NCBI RefSeq assembly: GCF_053078305.1
Contig: NZ_CP166879.1
Strand: one strand, 5' to 3'
DNA length: 64,000 nucleotides
Numbering within the stretch: position 1 is the first letter of the stretch; every line of letters starts with the position of its first letter. Shown piece by piece: positions 14,376 to 27,461 of the stretch. The position numbers and the translations under genes are program-made. A model generated the notes under the pieces. It worked only from the letters and a program-made list of their open reading frames with translations, was not told the origin of the DNA and made no database searches.

Positions 14376-14873
14376 ATGACTGACAGTGAACTGATGCAGT
14401 TAAGCGAACAGGTTGGGCAGGCGCTGAAAGCCCGTGGCGCAACCGTAACAACTGCTGAGTCTTGTACCGGCGGTTGGGTAGCGAAAGTGATTACCGATAT
14501 TGCCGGTAGCTCCGCCTGGTTTGAACGCGGATTTGTCACCTACAGTAACGAAGCCAAAGCGCAGATGATCGGCGTACGTGAAGAGACGCTGGCGCAGCAT
14601 GGCGCGGTGAGCGAACCCGTCGTGGTGGAAATGGCGATAGGCGCACTGAAAGCGGCTCGTGCTGATTACGCCGTGTCTATTAGTGGTATCGCCGGGCCGG
14701 ATGGCGGCAGTGAAGAGAAGCCTGTCGGCACCGTCTGGTTTGCTTTTGCCACTGCCCGCGGTGAAGGCATTACCCGGCGGGAATGCTTCAGCGGCGACCG
14801 TGATGCGGTGCGCCGTCAGGCTACTGCGTATGCATTGCAGACCTTGTGGCAACAATTTCTACAAAACACTTGA
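14376..14873 (+). CDS. pncC: NMN amidohydrolase PncC (CinA-like C-terminal domain)
   Basis: ORF 14373..14873 (GTG/ATG); MTDSELMQLSEQVGQALKARGATV.. matches PncC/YgaD; immediately upstream of recA. Confidence 0.9.
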   Translation: MTDSELMQLSEQVGQALKARGATVTTAESCTGGWVAKVITDIAGSSAWFERGFVTYSNEAKAQMIGVREETLAQHGAVSEPVVVEMAIGALKAARADYAVSISGIAGPDGGSEEKPVGTVWFAFATARGEGITRRECFSGDRDAVRRQATAYALQTLWQQFLQNT

Positions 14874-14875
14874 TA

Positions 14876-16014
<1,139 letters not shown>

Positions 16015-16040
16015 TCGTTCGTTATTGATGATAATAGATA

Positions 16041-16177
16041 ATGTGTGCACGGACGGTCCCCTCGCCCCTTTGGGGAGAGGGTTAGGGTGAGGGGAACAGG
16101 CCAGCACTGGCGTGAAAAATTACTCTCACCTCGATCCTCTAACGAATTGGGCCTGCGGGAACATTCTGCACACTCAT
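16041..16177. repeat. Small (about 137 bp) MITE-like intergenic element with imperfect terminal inverted repeats and an internal GC-rich palindrome
   Basis: Ends atgtgtgcac (16041-16050) and tgcacactcat (16167-16177) are inverted relative to each other; internal cccctcgcccc-ttt-ggggagaggg hairpin; no ORF. Confidence 0.5.
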
Positions 16178-16208
16178 TGACTATTAAATCTGTTTATCAG
16201 CAAAACCT

Positions 16209-16238
16209 GGGTCGCATCTGCGGCCCTTTTGCTTTTTT
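16209..16238 (+). terminator. Rho-independent terminator/attenuator between recA and recX
   Basis: Hairpin gggtcgc-atct-gcggccc followed by ttttgctttttt, ending about 18 bp before the recX ATG. Confidence 0.7.
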
Positions 16239-16256
16239 AAGTTGTAAGGATATGCC

Positions 16257-16757
16257 ATGACAGAATCAACGTCCCGTCGCCCGGCATATGCTCGCCTGTT
16301 GGATCGTGCGGTACGCATTCTGGCGGTGCGCGATCACAGTGAGCAAGAACTGCGACGTAAACTCGCGGCACCGATTATGGGCAAAAATGGCCCAGAAGAG
16401 ATTGATGCTACGGCAGAAGATTACGAGCGCGTTATTGCCTGGTGCCATGAACATGGCTATCTCGATGACAGCCGATTTGTTGCGCGCTTTATCGCCAGCC
16501 GTAGCCGCAAAGGTTATGGACCTGCGCGTATTCGCCAGGAACTGAATCAGAAAGGTATTTCCCGCGAAGCGACAGAAAAAGCGATGCGTGAATGTGACAT
16601 CGACTGGTGCGCACTGGCGCGCGATCAGGCGACGCGAAAATATGGTGAACCTTTGCCAACTGTCTTTTCAGAAAAAGTTAAGATCCAGCGTTTTCTGCTC
16701 TATCGTGGCTATCTGATGGAAGATATCCAGGATATTTGGCGAAATTTTGCCGACTGA
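16257..16757 (+). CDS. recX: RecA regulator RecX
   Basis: 166-aa ORF immediately downstream of recA; sequence matches RecX. Confidence 0.93.
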   Translation: MTESTSRRPAYARLLDRAVRILAVRDHSEQELRRKLAAPIMGKNGPEEIDATAEDYERVIAWCHEHGYLDDSRFVARFIASRSRKGYGPARIRQELNQKGISREATEKAMRECDIDWCALARDQATRKYGEPLPTVFSEKVKIQRFLLYRGYLMEDIQDIWRNFAD

Positions 16758-16884
16758 ACGCATACGGTATTTTACTTCCCAGTCAAGAAAACTTATCTTA
16801 TTCCCACTTTTCAGTTACCAGCCCGGCGGTTAAGACACGCTGGAGCTGGTGGCGATATTTCGTTAGCTTGATTTCAGGATAATT

Positions 16885-19515
16885 ATGAGCAAGAGCACCG
16901 CTGAGATCCGTCAGGCGTTTCTCGACTTTTTCCATAGTAAGGGACATCAGGTAGTTGCCAGCAGCTCCCTGGTACCCCATAACGACCCAACTTTGTTGTT
17001 TACCAACGCCGGGATGAACCAGTTCAAGGATGTGTTCCTTGGGCTCGACAAGCGTAATTATTCCCGCGCTACCACTTCCCAACGCTGCGTGCGTGCGGGT
17101 GGTAAACACAACGACCTGGAAAACGTCGGTTACACCGCGCGTCACCATACCTTCTTCGAAATGCTGGGCAACTTCAGCTTCGGCGACTATTTCAAACACG
17201 ATGCCATTCAGTTTGCATGGGAACTGCTGACCAGCGAAAAATGGTTTGCCCTGCCGAAAGAGCGTCTGTGGGTTACCGTCTATGAAAGCGACGACGAAGC
17301 CTACGAAATCTGGGAAAAAGAAGTAGGGATCCCGCGCGAACGTATTATTCGCATCGGCGATAACAAAGGTGCGCCATACGCATCTGACAACTTCTGGCAG
17401 ATGGGTGACACTGGTCCGTGCGGCCCGTGCACCGAAATCTTCTACGATCACGGCGACCACATTTGGGGTGGCCCTCCGGGAAGTCCGGAAGAAGACGGCG
17501 ACCGCTACATTGAGATCTGGAACATCGTCTTCATGCAGTTCAACCGCCAGGCCGATGGCACGATGGAACCGCTGCCGAAGCCGTCTGTAGATACCGGTAT
17601 GGGTCTGGAGCGTATTGCTGCGGTGCTGCAACACGTTAACTCTAACTATGACATCGACCTGTTCCGTACGCTGATCCAGGCGGTAGCGAAAGTCACTGGT
17701 GCAACCGATCTGAGCAATAAATCGCTGCGCGTAATCGCTGACCACATTCGTTCTTGTGCGTTCCTGATCGCGGATGGCGTAATGCCGTCCAACGAAAACC
17801 GTGGCTATGTACTGCGTCGTATCATTCGTCGCGCAGTACGTCACGGCAATATGCTGGGCGCGAAAGAAACCTTCTTCTACAAACTGGTTGGTCCGCTGAT
17901 CGACGTTATGGGCTCTGCGGGTGAAGACCTGAAGCGCCAGCAGGCGCAGGTTGAGCAGGTGCTGAAGACTGAAGAAGAGCAGTTTGCCCGTACTCTGGAG
18001 CGCGGTCTGGCGTTGCTGGATGAAGAGCTGGCAAAACTTTCTGGTGATACGCTGGATGGTGAAACTGCTTTCCGTCTGTACGACACCTATGGCTTCCCGG
18101 TTGACCTGACGGCTGATGTTTGTCGCGAGCGCAACATCAAAGTTGACGAAGCTGGTTTTGAAGCTGCAATGGAAGAGCAGCGTCGTCGCGCGCGCGAAGC
18201 CAGCGGCTTTGGTGCCGATTACAACGCAATGATCCGTGTTGACAGTGCATCTGAATTTAAAGGCTATGACCATCTGGAACTGAACGGCAAAGTGACCGCG
18301 CTGTTTGTTGATGGTAAAGCGGTTGATGCCATCAATGCAGGCCAGGAAGCTGTGGTCGTGCTGGATCAAACGCCATTCTATGCTGAATCCGGCGGTCAGG
18401 TTGGTGATAAAGGCGAACTGAAAGGCGCTAACTTCTCCTTCGTGGTGGAAGATACGCAGAAATACGGCCAGGCGATTGGTCACATCGGTAAACTTGCTGC
18501 GGGTTCTCTGAAAGTGGGCGACGCTGTGCAGGCTGATGTTGATGAGGCTCGTCGCGCCCGTATTCGTCTGAATCACTCCGCAACGCACCTGATGCACGCT
18601 GCGCTGCGCCAGGTTCTGGGTACTCATGTATCGCAGAAAGGTTCACTGGTTAACGACAAGGTGCTGCGCTTCGACTTCTCACACAACGAAGCGATGAAAC
18701 CAGAAGAGATTCGTGCGGTCGAAGACCTGGTGAACGCACAGATTCGTCGCAATTTGCCGATCGAAACCAACATCATGGATCTCGAAGCGGCGAAAGCGAA
18801 AGGTGCGATGGCGCTGTTCGGCGAGAAGTATGATGAGCGCGTACGCGTGCTGAGCATGGGCGATTTCTCCACCGAGCTGTGTGGCGGTACTCACGCCAGC
18901 CGCACTGGTGATATTGGTCTGTTCCGCATCATCTCTGAATCGGGTACTGCTGCAGGCGTTCGTCGTATTGAAGCGGTAACCGGAGAAGGCGCTATCGCCA
19001 CCGTTCATGCAGACAGCGATCGCTTAAGCGAAGTCGCACATCTGCTGAAAGGCGATAGCAATAATCTGGCTGATAAAGTGCGCTCAGTACTGGAACGTAC
19101 GCGTCAGTTAGAAAAAGAACTACAACAGCTTAAAGAACAAGCTGCCGCACAGGAGAGCGCAAATCTTTCCAGTAAGGCAATTGATGTTAATGGTGTTAAG
19201 CTGTTGGTTAGCGAGCTTAGCGGTGTTGAGCCGAAAATGTTGCGTACCATGGTTGACGATTTAAAAAATCAGCTGGGGTCGACAATTATCGTGCTGGCAA
19301 CGGTAGCCGAAGGTAAGGTTTCTCTGATTGCAGGCGTATCTAAGGACGTCACAGATCGTGTGAAAGCAGGGGAACTGATTGGTATGGTCGCTCAGCAGGT
19401 GGGCGGCAAGGGTGGTGGACGTCCTGACATGGCGCAAGCCGGTGGTACGGATGCTGCGGCCTTACCTGCAGCGTTAGCCAGTGTGAAAGGCTGGGTCAGC
19501 GCGAAATTGCAATAA
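16885..19515 (+). CDS. alaS: Alanine--tRNA ligase
   Basis: 876-aa ORF; [24 protein letters not shown].. class II aaRS; C-terminal editing and DHHA1 regions. Confidence 0.98.
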   Translation: MSKSTAEIRQAFLDFFHSKGHQVVASSSLVPHNDPTLLFTNAGMNQFKDVFLGLDKRNYSRATTSQRCVRAGGKHNDLENVGYTARHHTFFEMLGNFSFGDYFKHDAIQFAWELLTSEKWFALPKERLWVTVYESDDEAYEIWEKEVGIPRERIIRIGDNKGAPYASDNFWQMGDTGPCGPCTEIFYDHGDHIWGGPPGSPEEDGDRYIEIWNIVFMQFNRQADGTMEPLPKPSVDTGMGLERIAAVLQHVNSNYDIDLFRTLIQAVAKVTGATDLSNKSLRVIADHIRSCAFLIADGVMPSNENRGYVLRRIIRRAVRHGNMLGAKETFFYKLVGPLIDVMGSAGEDLKRQQAQVEQVLKTEEEQFARTLERGLALLDEELAKLSGDTLDGETAFRLYDTYGFPVDLTADVCRERNIKVDEAGFEAAMEEQRRRAREASGFGADYNAMIRVDSASEFKGYDHLELNGKVTALFVDGKAVDAINAGQEAVVVLDQTPFYAESGGQVGDKGELKGANFSFVVEDTQKYGQAIGHIGKLAAGSLKVGDAVQADVDEARRARIRLNHSATHLMHAALRQVLGTHVSQKGSLVNDKVLRFDFSHNEAMKPEEIRAVEDLVNAQIRRNLPIETNIMDLEAAKAKGAMALFGEKYDERVRVLSMGDFSTELCGGTHASRTGDIGLFRIISESGTAAGVRRIEAVTGEGAIATVHADSDRLSEVAHLLKGDSNNLADKVRSVLERTRQLEKELQQLKEQAAAQESANLSSKAIDVNGVKLLVSELSGVEPKMLRTMVDDLKNQLGSTIIVLATVAEGKVSLIAGVSKDVTDRVKAGELIGMVAQQVGGKGGGRPDMAQAGGTDAAALPAALASVKGWVSAKLQ

Positions 19516-19749
19516 TATAAGCGTAAGGCAATGCCGTGGACTCGCTTCACGGCATTCGCATTAACGCTATCGACAACGATAAAGTCAGGTTGAAGTTGTG
19601 TATATCGGCTAAACTTAGGTTTAACAGAATGTAATGCCATGACTGCTTAGATGTAATGTGTTTGTCATTGCTTACTTTTTGGCGTTATATGATGGATAAT
19701 GCCGGGATACAGAGAGACCCGACTCTTTTAATCTTTCAAGGAGCAAAGA

Positions 19750-19935
19750 ATGCTGATTCTGACTCGTCGAGTTGGTGAGACCCTCATGATTGGGGATGAG
19801 GTCACCGTGACAGTTTTAGGGGTAAAGGGCAACCAGGTACGTATTGGCGTAAATGCCCCGAAGGAAGTTTCTGTTCACCGTGAAGAGATCTACCAGCGTA
19901 TCCAGGCTGAAAAATCCCAGCAGTCCAGTTACTAA
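19750..19935 (+). CDS. csrA: Carbon storage regulator CsrA
   Basis: 61-aa [64 protein letters not shown], identical to CsrA. Confidence 0.98.
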
Positions 19936-20250
19936 TCTTTCCGCGTCTCATCTTTATCGGTGAGACGCACCCTCAAAATTTCTCCTTCACTCTATAGTCT
20001 TTTCGCTTTACTCCCGTTCATTCAACTTAAGTCTCCATTTTTTTACATTACTGCTATCTGTCAGACCTCCATTTTTCTGTTGATAAAACACTCTTTTTGA
20101 CGTTTTTACAGACTAATTGAACGTGAAGTGTGCAAACGATAAAAGTGTGGGAAAAATTGTTTGACTTATAAGTCTCAGAAAGTAATATGTGCGCCACGCA
20201 GCGACGATGAGCGATAAACAAGTTCTTCGAAGCACTCGTAAGAGGCGTGT

Positions 20251-20343
20251 GGTGAGGTGGCCGAGAGGCTGAAGGCGCTCCCCTGCTAAGGGAGTATGCG
20301 GTCAAAAGCTGCATCCGGGGTTCGAATCCCCGCCTCACCGCCA
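20251..20343 (+). tRNA. serV: tRNA-Ser (anticodon GCU), long variable arm
   Basis: ggtgaggtggccgagaggctgaagg..ccgcctcaccgcca; anticodon loop cuGCUaa; about 93 nt with encoded CCA. Confidence 0.9.
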
Positions 20344-20346
20344 TTT

Positions 20347-20423
20347 GCATCCGTAGCTCAGCTGGATAGAGTACTCGGCTACGAACCGAGCGGTCGGAGG
20401 TTCGAATCCTCCCGGATGCACCA
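20347..20423 (+). tRNA. tRNA-Arg (anticodon ACG), copy 1
   Basis: gcatccgtagctcagctggatagagtactcggctACGaaccgagcggtcggaggttcgaatcctcccggatgcacca (77 nt). Confidence 0.92.
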
Positions 20424-20487
20424 TCTCTTACTTGATACGGCTTTAGTAGCGGTATCAAAAAATCTGCAGTAAAGTAAGTTTCCCGAT

Positions 20488-20564
20488 GCATCCGTAGCTC
20501 AGCTGGATAGAGTACTCGGCTACGAACCGAGCGGTCGGAGGTTCGAATCCTCCCGGATGCACCA
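20488..20564 (+). tRNA. tRNA-Arg (anticodon ACG), copy 2
   Basis: Identical 77-nt sequence to copy 1. Confidence 0.92.
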
Positions 20565-20626
20565 TCTCTTACTTGATATGGCTTTAGTAGCGGTATCAAT
20601 ATCAGCAGTAAAATAAATTTCCCGAT

Positions 20627-20703
20627 GCATCCGTAGCTCAGCTGGATAGAGTACTCGGCTACGAACCGAGCGGTCGGAGGTTCGAATCCTCCCGGATGCA
20701 CCA
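20627..20703 (+). tRNA. tRNA-Arg (anticodon ACG), copy 3
   Basis: Identical 77-nt sequence to copy 1. Confidence 0.92.
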
Positions 20704-20838
20704 TATTCTCCGAAATCTTCAGCAATGAAGATATCGAAGAGGTAGCGGAATTAACCGCAGGCACCAGGGAGGATAACGTTGCGCCAGCAACGGCCCGAAG
20801 GGCGAGCCGCAAGGCGAGTAATCCTCCCGGATGCACCA
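20704..20838 (+). repeat. About 135-bp spacer repeat ending in a tRNA-Arg 3' remnant (aatcctcccggatgcacca), unit 1
   Basis: Read from sequence: ttctccgaaatcttcagcaatgaagatatcgaagaggtagcggaattaaccgcaggcaccagg.. ends with the last 19 nt of tRNA-Arg. Confidence 0.7.
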
Positions 20839-20901
20839 TCTCTTACTTGATATGGCTTTAGTAGCGATATCAATATCAGCAGTAAAATAAATTTTCCCGA
20901 T

Positions 20902-20978
20902 GCATCCGTAGCTCAGCTGGATAGAGTACTCGGCTACGAACCGAGCGGTCGGAGGTTCGAATCCTCCCGGATGCACCA
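20902..20978 (+). tRNA. tRNA-Arg (anticodon ACG), copy 4
   Basis: Identical 77-nt sequence to copy 1. Confidence 0.92.
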
Positions 20979-21113
20979 TATTCTCCGAAATCTTCAGCAA
21001 TGAAGATATCGAAGAGGTAGCGGAATTAACCGCAGGCACCAGGAAGGATAACGTTGCTTTAGCAACGGCCCGAAGGGCGAACGCCAGTGAGTCATCCTCC
21101 CGGATGCACCATC
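20979..21113 (+). repeat. About 135-bp spacer repeat ending in a tRNA-Arg 3' remnant, unit 2 (diverged copy of 20704-20838)
   Basis: Same unit with a few substitutions; ends catcctcccggatgcacca. Confidence 0.7.
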
Positions 21114-21258
21114 TTCTCCAAAAAATTTCCTTCAAAAATATCTCATTTCTAAATAACTACTTTATCCATTTCCTGAATTTTCTTCTCCTTCGCCATCAGC
21201 GACAAAATCAAGCAATTACGCTAAAGTAGCGTCATATTTTTCGACTTGCGAGAAGACC

Positions 21259-21825
21259 ATGTACGAGCGTTATGCAGGTTTAATTTTTGATATGGATGGC
21301 ACAATCCTGGATACGGAGCCTACGCACCGTAAAGCGTGGCGCGAAGTATTAGGGCACTACGGTCTTCAGTACGATGTTCAGGCGATGATTGCGCTTAATG
21401 GATCGCCCACCTGGCGTATTGCTCAGGCAATTATTGAGCTGAATCAGGCCGATCTCGACCCGCATGCGTTAGCGCGTGAAAAAACAGAAGCAGTAAGAAG
21501 TATGCTGCTGGATAGTGTCGAGCCGCTTCCTCTTGTTGAAGTGGTGAAAAGTTGGCATGGTCGTCGCCCAATGGCTGTAGGAACGGGGAGTGAAAGCGCC
21601 ATCGCTGAGGCATTGCTGGCGCACCTGGGATTACGCCGTTATTTTGACGCCGTCGTCGCTGCCGATCACGTCAAACACCATAAACCCGCGCCAGACACAT
21701 TTTTGTTGTGCGCGCAGCGTATGGGCGTGCAACCGACGCAGTGTGTGGTCTTTGAAGATGCCGATTTCGGTATTCAGGCGGCCCGTGCAGCAGGCATGGA
21801 CGCTGTGGATGTTCGCTTGCTGTGA
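21259..21825 (+). CDS. yqaB: HAD-family sugar phosphatase (fructose-1-phosphate phosphatase YqaB)
   Basis: 188-aa ORF; HAD motif I LIFDMDGTILDTE. Confidence 0.9.
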   Translation: MYERYAGLIFDMDGTILDTEPTHRKAWREVLGHYGLQYDVQAMIALNGSPTWRIAQAIIELNQADLDPHALAREKTEAVRSMLLDSVEPLPLVEVVKSWHGRRPMAVGTGSESAIAEALLAHLGLRRYFDAVVAADHVKHHKPAPDTFLLCAQRMGVQPTQCVVFEDADFGIQAARAAGMDAVDVRLL

Positions 21826-22250
21826 GTGAAGCGTTATCGCTTTTCTCGTTGTTTGCCAGTAGTTTTCTCAGCGCTACACTATTACCCGGCAACTCCGAAG
21901 TCGTGCTGGTGGCAATGTTGCTTTCCGGGATCAGTCATCCCTGGGTTTTAGTTTTAACAGCAACAATGGGTAATAGCCTTGGAGGGTTAACTAACGTTAT
22001 CCTTGGGCGTTTCTTTCCATTGCGTAAAACATCGCGCTGGCAAGAGAAAGCTACCGGCTGGCTGAAACGCTATGGTGCAGTCACGCTATTATTAAGCTGG
22101 ATGCCCGTGGTTGGCGATTTACTGTGTCTGTTAGCGGGATGGATGCGCATCTCGTGGGGACCGGTAATCTTTTTTTTGTGCCTTGGTAAAGCGTTACGCT
22201 ATGTTGCAGTTGCAGCAGCGACCGTTCAGGGCATGATGTGGTGGCACTAA
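21822..22250 (+). CDS. yqaA: DedA/SNARE-associated-domain inner membrane protein YqaA
   Basis: 142-aa hydrophobic ORF overlapping the yqaB stop by 4 bp. Confidence 0.88.
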   Translation: MSEALSLFSLFASSFLSATLLPGNSEVVLVAMLLSGISHPWVLVLTATMGNSLGGLTNVILGRFFPLRKTSRWQEKATGWLKRYGAVTLLLSWMPVVGDLLCLLAGWMRISWGPVIFFLCLGKALRYVAVAAATVQGMMWWH

Positions 22251-22295
22251 TTGTAGGCCTGCACATATGGTCACCATTACAGTTATGCTAATTAA

Positions 22296-23879
<1,584 letters not shown>

Positions 23880-23887
23880 CAGAAAAG

Positions 23888-23960
23888 AAAAAGGCCACTC
23901 GTGAGTGGCCAAAATTTCATCTCTGAATTCAGGGATGATGATAACAAATGCGCGTCTTTC
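23888..23960 (-). ncRNA. micA: MicA (SraD) Hfq-dependent small RNA
   Basis: Minus-strand sequence gaaagacgcgcatttgttatcatcatccctgaattcagagatgaaattttggccactcacgagtggccttttt matches MicA including its terminator hairpin; lies between gshA and luxS. Confidence 0.9.
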
Positions 23961-24028
23961 ATATACTCAGACTCGCCTGGGAAGAAAGAGTTCAGAAAAT
24001 TTTTAAAAAAATTACCGGAGGTGGCTAA

Positions 24029-24544
24029 ATGCCGTTGTTAGATAGCTTCACAGTCGATCATACCCGGATGGAAGCGCCTGCAGTTCGGGTGGCGAAAACA
24101 ATGAACACCCCGCATGGCGACGCAATCACCGTGTTCGATCTGCGCTTCTGCGTGCCGAACAAAGAAGTGATGCCAGAAAGAGGGATCCATACCCTGGAGC
24201 ACCTGTTTGCTGGTTTTATGCGTAACCATCTTAACGGTAATGGTGTAGAGATTATCGATATCTCGCCAATGGGCTGCCGCACCGGTTTTTATATGAGTCT
24301 GATTGGTACGCCAGATGAGCAGCGTGTTGCTGATGCCTGGAAAGCGGCAATGGAAGACGTGCTGAAAGTGCAGGATCAGAATCAGATTCCGGAGCTGAAC
24401 GTCTACCAGTGTGGCACTTACCAGATGCACTCGTTGCAGGAAGCGCAGGATATTGCGCGTAGCATTCTGGAACGTGACGTGCGCATCAACAGCAACGAAG
24501 AACTGGCGCTGCCGAAAGAGAAGTTGCAGGAACTGCACATTTAG
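24029..24544 (+). CDS. luxS: S-ribosylhomocysteine lyase (autoinducer-2 synthase)
   Basis: 171-aa ORF; [23 protein letters not shown].. with HTLEH metal-binding motif. Confidence 0.97.
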
Positions 24545-24575
24545 TCAGTAAACTATCTTCACAATTAATTGAAAA

Positions 24576-24599
24576 AAGCCAGTTCAAATGAACTGGCTT
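24576..24599. terminator. Bidirectional rho-independent terminator between convergent luxS and emrB
   Basis: Hairpin aagccagttc-aaat-gaactggctt flanked by an A-run on the plus strand (T-run on the minus strand). Confidence 0.7.
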
Positions 24600-24607
24600 A
24601 GTTGTAC

Positions 24608-26146
24608 TTAGTGCGCACCGCCTCCGCCGCCACCTGCGCCAAAGGGCGGTTTAGCAAACCACACCAGCCCCAGCAGGACGAGGAATATCCCGGCTGACAT
24701 CCAGAAGATCTCATTGGCGGAAATAATCAGCCCCTGGTTAGTGATCTGCTGGGCAATCCAGCCGGAGGCCTGCTGTTGCGTCATCCCAAGCCCTTCCAGT
24801 TGACTGTACATCGCCTGGGCATTCGGGTTGAACGGGTTTACCGACTCGGTTAACTGCGCATGGTGCATCGACTCGCGGTTGGTCCACATGGTTGTGGTTA
24901 TCGACGTGCCGATAGACCCCGCCAGCGTACGCGTAAAGTTGGAGAGACTCGATGCCGCCGCCAGTCGTTCCGGTGGCAAACCAGACAGCGTAATGGTGGT
25001 CAGCGGCATAAAGAAGCAGGCCACAGCGAAGCCCTGGATAAACTGCGGCCAGGCCGACGCGCCAAAATCCATGCCCGGTTCAAAGGTATAGGCACGCCAG
25101 TAGAAGCAGACGGCATACATAATAAAGCTGAAGGTTACCAGTCGGCGCATATCCAGTTTATGCGCGAAGCGGCCGATAATCGGCGAAAGGATCACCGGAA
25201 TAATTCCTACCGGCGCAGAGGCCAGACCTGCCCACGTTGCCGTGTAACCGTAGACCTCCTGCAACAACTGCGGCAGCAGAACAATCGCGCCGAAGTAGAG
25301 CATATACGCGAGGCTGATACACAAACAGCCGATGGTGAAGTTGCGCGACTTAAACAACGACAGATCGACTATCGGGTTATCGTCGGTCAGCTCCCAGACA
25401 ATCAGGAAGCAGATAGCCACCACCGCCACCACGGTAAGGATGATAATTTCCTGTGATGAAAACCAGTCCAGCTCTTTACCGCGGTCGAGCATAATCTGCA
25501 GGCTGCCGATACCAATAACCAGCAGTGCCAGCCCCACGGCATCAATCCGCCGCCGTTCGGTGCGGGTTTCGCGTCCGCGCAGCGTCTGCAATGTCATCAA
25601 CACCACCGCCACGCCAATCGGCACGTTGATGAAGAATATCCAGCCCCAGTGATAATTATCACTGATATAGCCGCCGAGGATCGGGCCGCAAATTGGCGCG
25701 ACAATCACCGTCATCGACCACAACGCCAGCGCGATTGAGCGTTTGGCTGGCGGGTAGTTATTCAGCAATAGACTTTGCGAAAGCGGGATCAACGGCCCGG
25801 CGACAATCCCCTGAATCACGCGGAAGAAGATCAGCATATTTAGGCTGCTGGAGACACCACACGCCCACGACGCAATAGCAAAGGCGATGGTGGACCAGAG
25901 GAACAGTTTCACTTCCCCGACGCGCTTTGCCAGCCAGCCGGTAAGCGGGATCGAGATGGCATTCGCCACCCCGAAAGAAGTGATTACCCACGTTCCCTGG
26001 CTGAGCGATGAGCCCAGATTCCCGGCGATAGTGGGGATCGCCACGTTAGCAATGGTGGAGTCCAGCACCTGCATGAATGTCGCCAGTGACAGCGCAATCG
26101 TCATAATGACCAGTTGCGCGCCTTCCAGCGGTTTTTGCTGTTGCAT
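24608..26146 (-). CDS. emrB: Multidrug efflux MFS permease EmrB
   Basis: ORF 24608..26155; from MQQQKPLEGAQLVIMTIALSLATFMQ.. a 14-TMS-type MFS protein; start placed at the second Met. Confidence 0.93.
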   Translation of the reverse strand: MQQQKPLEGAQLVIMTIALSLATFMQVLDSTIANVAIPTIAGNLGSSLSQGTWVITSFGVANAISIPLTGWLAKRVGEVKLFLWSTIAFAIASWACGVSSSLNMLIFFRVIQGIVAGPLIPLSQSLLLNNYPPAKRSIALALWSMTVIVAPICGPILGGYISDNYHWGWIFFINVPIGVAVVLMTLQTLRGRETRTERRRIDAVGLALLVIGIGSLQIMLDRGKELDWFSSQEIIILTVVAVVAICFLIVWELTDDNPIVDLSLFKSRNFTIGCLCISLAYMLYFGAIVLLPQLLQEVYGYTATWAGLASAPVGIIPVILSPIIGRFAHKLDMRRLVTFSFIMYAVCFYWRAYTFEPGMDFGASAWPQFIQGFAVACFFMPLTTITLSGLPPERLAAASSLSNFTRTLAGSIGTSITTTMWTNRESMHHAQLTESVNPFNPNAQAMYSQLEGLGMTQQQASGWIAQQITNQGLIISANEIFWMSAGIFLVLLGLVWFAKPPFGAGGGGGGAH

Positions 26147-26162
26147 CACACGCACCTCTGGA

Positions 26163-27335
26163 TTAGCCAGCGTTAGCTTTTACGATATCGTCGATCAGTT
26201 TATTGACAGGTGCCAGGCTGATTTCACGCGCGGTGCTTACCGCTACCGGAGTGGAACGTACTTTATTTGCCAGTACCTGACCGTCACGGTTAGTGGTATT
26301 GACGCTCACCAGCGTGGATAAACCGATACGCAGCGGGTATTGCTCCAGCTGTTTCTGGTCCAGTTCGATACGCACAGGCAGACGCTGAACAACTTTGATC
26401 CAGTTACCGGTCGCATTTTGCGCCGGAAGCAGTGAGAACGCGCTACCTGTGCCCATATCCAGACCAACCACTTTACCGGTGTATTTCACATCATCGCCGT
26501 AAATATCGGTGGTGATAGTGACCGGCTGACCGATACGCATATTGGCAATCTGCGTCTCTTTAAAGTTGGCATCCACCCACATATTGGTGGCTGGAACGAC
26601 CGCCATGAGCGGCGTCGTTGGGCTAATTTGCGCCCCAGGCTGTACCGCGCGGCGGGAGACATAACCGGTCATCGGACTGACAATACGAGTACGCTCCAGC
26701 GCCAGCCAGGCGTTACGTACTTCGGTGGCAGCCTGTTGCACGGCAGGCTGATCTTCCAGTTTAGTCCCCAGAATCATCGCCTGATTGGCATTGTATTGTT
26801 GAATCGCGACGTCCAGTTGCGCCTGGGCACTGGTAACGGCGTCGCGGGCGTGTTGCAGCTCTTCGCGACCAATCAGGTTGGCATTGCCCAACGGCACACG
26901 GCGGTTGTAGTCGCTTTGTGCTTTCGCGAGGGCGATTTTCTGCACCTCAATATTCGCCTGCAACTGTTTGCTGTTAATCATCAGCTGGTGGGTTTGGCGA
27001 ACGCTGGAAGCCAGTGCAGTTTTGGCTTTTTCAAACGCCTGGCGAGCATCTGTCGGGTCGAGAGTGACCAGCACGTCGCCTTCTTTTACAAAATCGGTGT
27101 TATCGGCCCAGACTTTCGTCACGCTGCCAGACACCTGAGACATAATTTGAATTTGATTCCCTGCCACGTATGCGTCATCGGTTTCTTCGAAGTGACGCAG
27201 TACCAAAAACCAATAAATCCCTATCGCTACGGCAATAATTATAAAGAGCAAGGTGAGAAGGAGGAGCAGACGCTTACGTTTGCCGCTCTTCTTTACCGGT
27301 TGCTGCGGGGTTTGAGTCTCCGCATTTGCGCTCAT
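26163..27335 (-). CDS. emrA: Multidrug efflux membrane fusion protein EmrA
   Basis: ORF 26163..27347; from MSANAETQTPQQPVKKSGKRKR.. HlyD-family periplasmic adaptor with one N-terminal TMS. Confidence 0.93.
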   Translation of the reverse strand: MSANAETQTPQQPVKKSGKRKRLLLLLTLLFIIIAVAIGIYWFLVLRHFEETDDAYVAGNQIQIMSQVSGSVTKVWADNTDFVKEGDVLVTLDPTDARQAFEKAKTALASSVRQTHQLMINSKQLQANIEVQKIALAKAQSDYNRRVPLGNANLIGREELQHARDAVTSAQAQLDVAIQQYNANQAMILGTKLEDQPAVQQAATEVRNAWLALERTRIVSPMTGYVSRRAVQPGAQISPTTPLMAVVPATNMWVDANFKETQIANMRIGQPVTITTDIYGDDVKYTGKVVGLDMGTGSAFSLLPAQNATGNWIKVVQRLPVRIELDQKQLEQYPLRIGLSTLVSVNTTNRDGQVLANKVRSTPVAVSTAREISLAPVNKLIDDIVKANAG

Positions 27336-27461
27336 ATTGTTCTCCACGATCTTCTTAACTCATCGGCTGAGCCGACCTGCTTGCCAAAAAGGCCAGCATG
27401 TTGCGATGCTGGCCGGTCATTTTTTCTTTTATAAATCTGGATTTTTGAGCGAGATGACGCG

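Noticed and set aside
16798-18627. 609-aa antisense ORF inside alaS
   Set aside because: The plus-strand frame encodes unmistakable AlaRS; the antisense ORF has no RBS or recognisable domains and is a chance open frame in GC-rich coding DNA.
20054-21135. Two minus-strand ORFs (261 aa and 138 aa) spanning the tRNA array
   Set aside because: They are read through serV and the tRNA-Arg genes and their repeats, giving repetitive translations; artefacts of the tRNA cluster.
24860-27434. Several plus-strand ORFs (198, 106 and 268 aa) antisense to emrB and emrA
   Set aside because: Arg/Ser-rich low-complexity translations typical of antisense frames; emrAB on the minus strand are clearly real.
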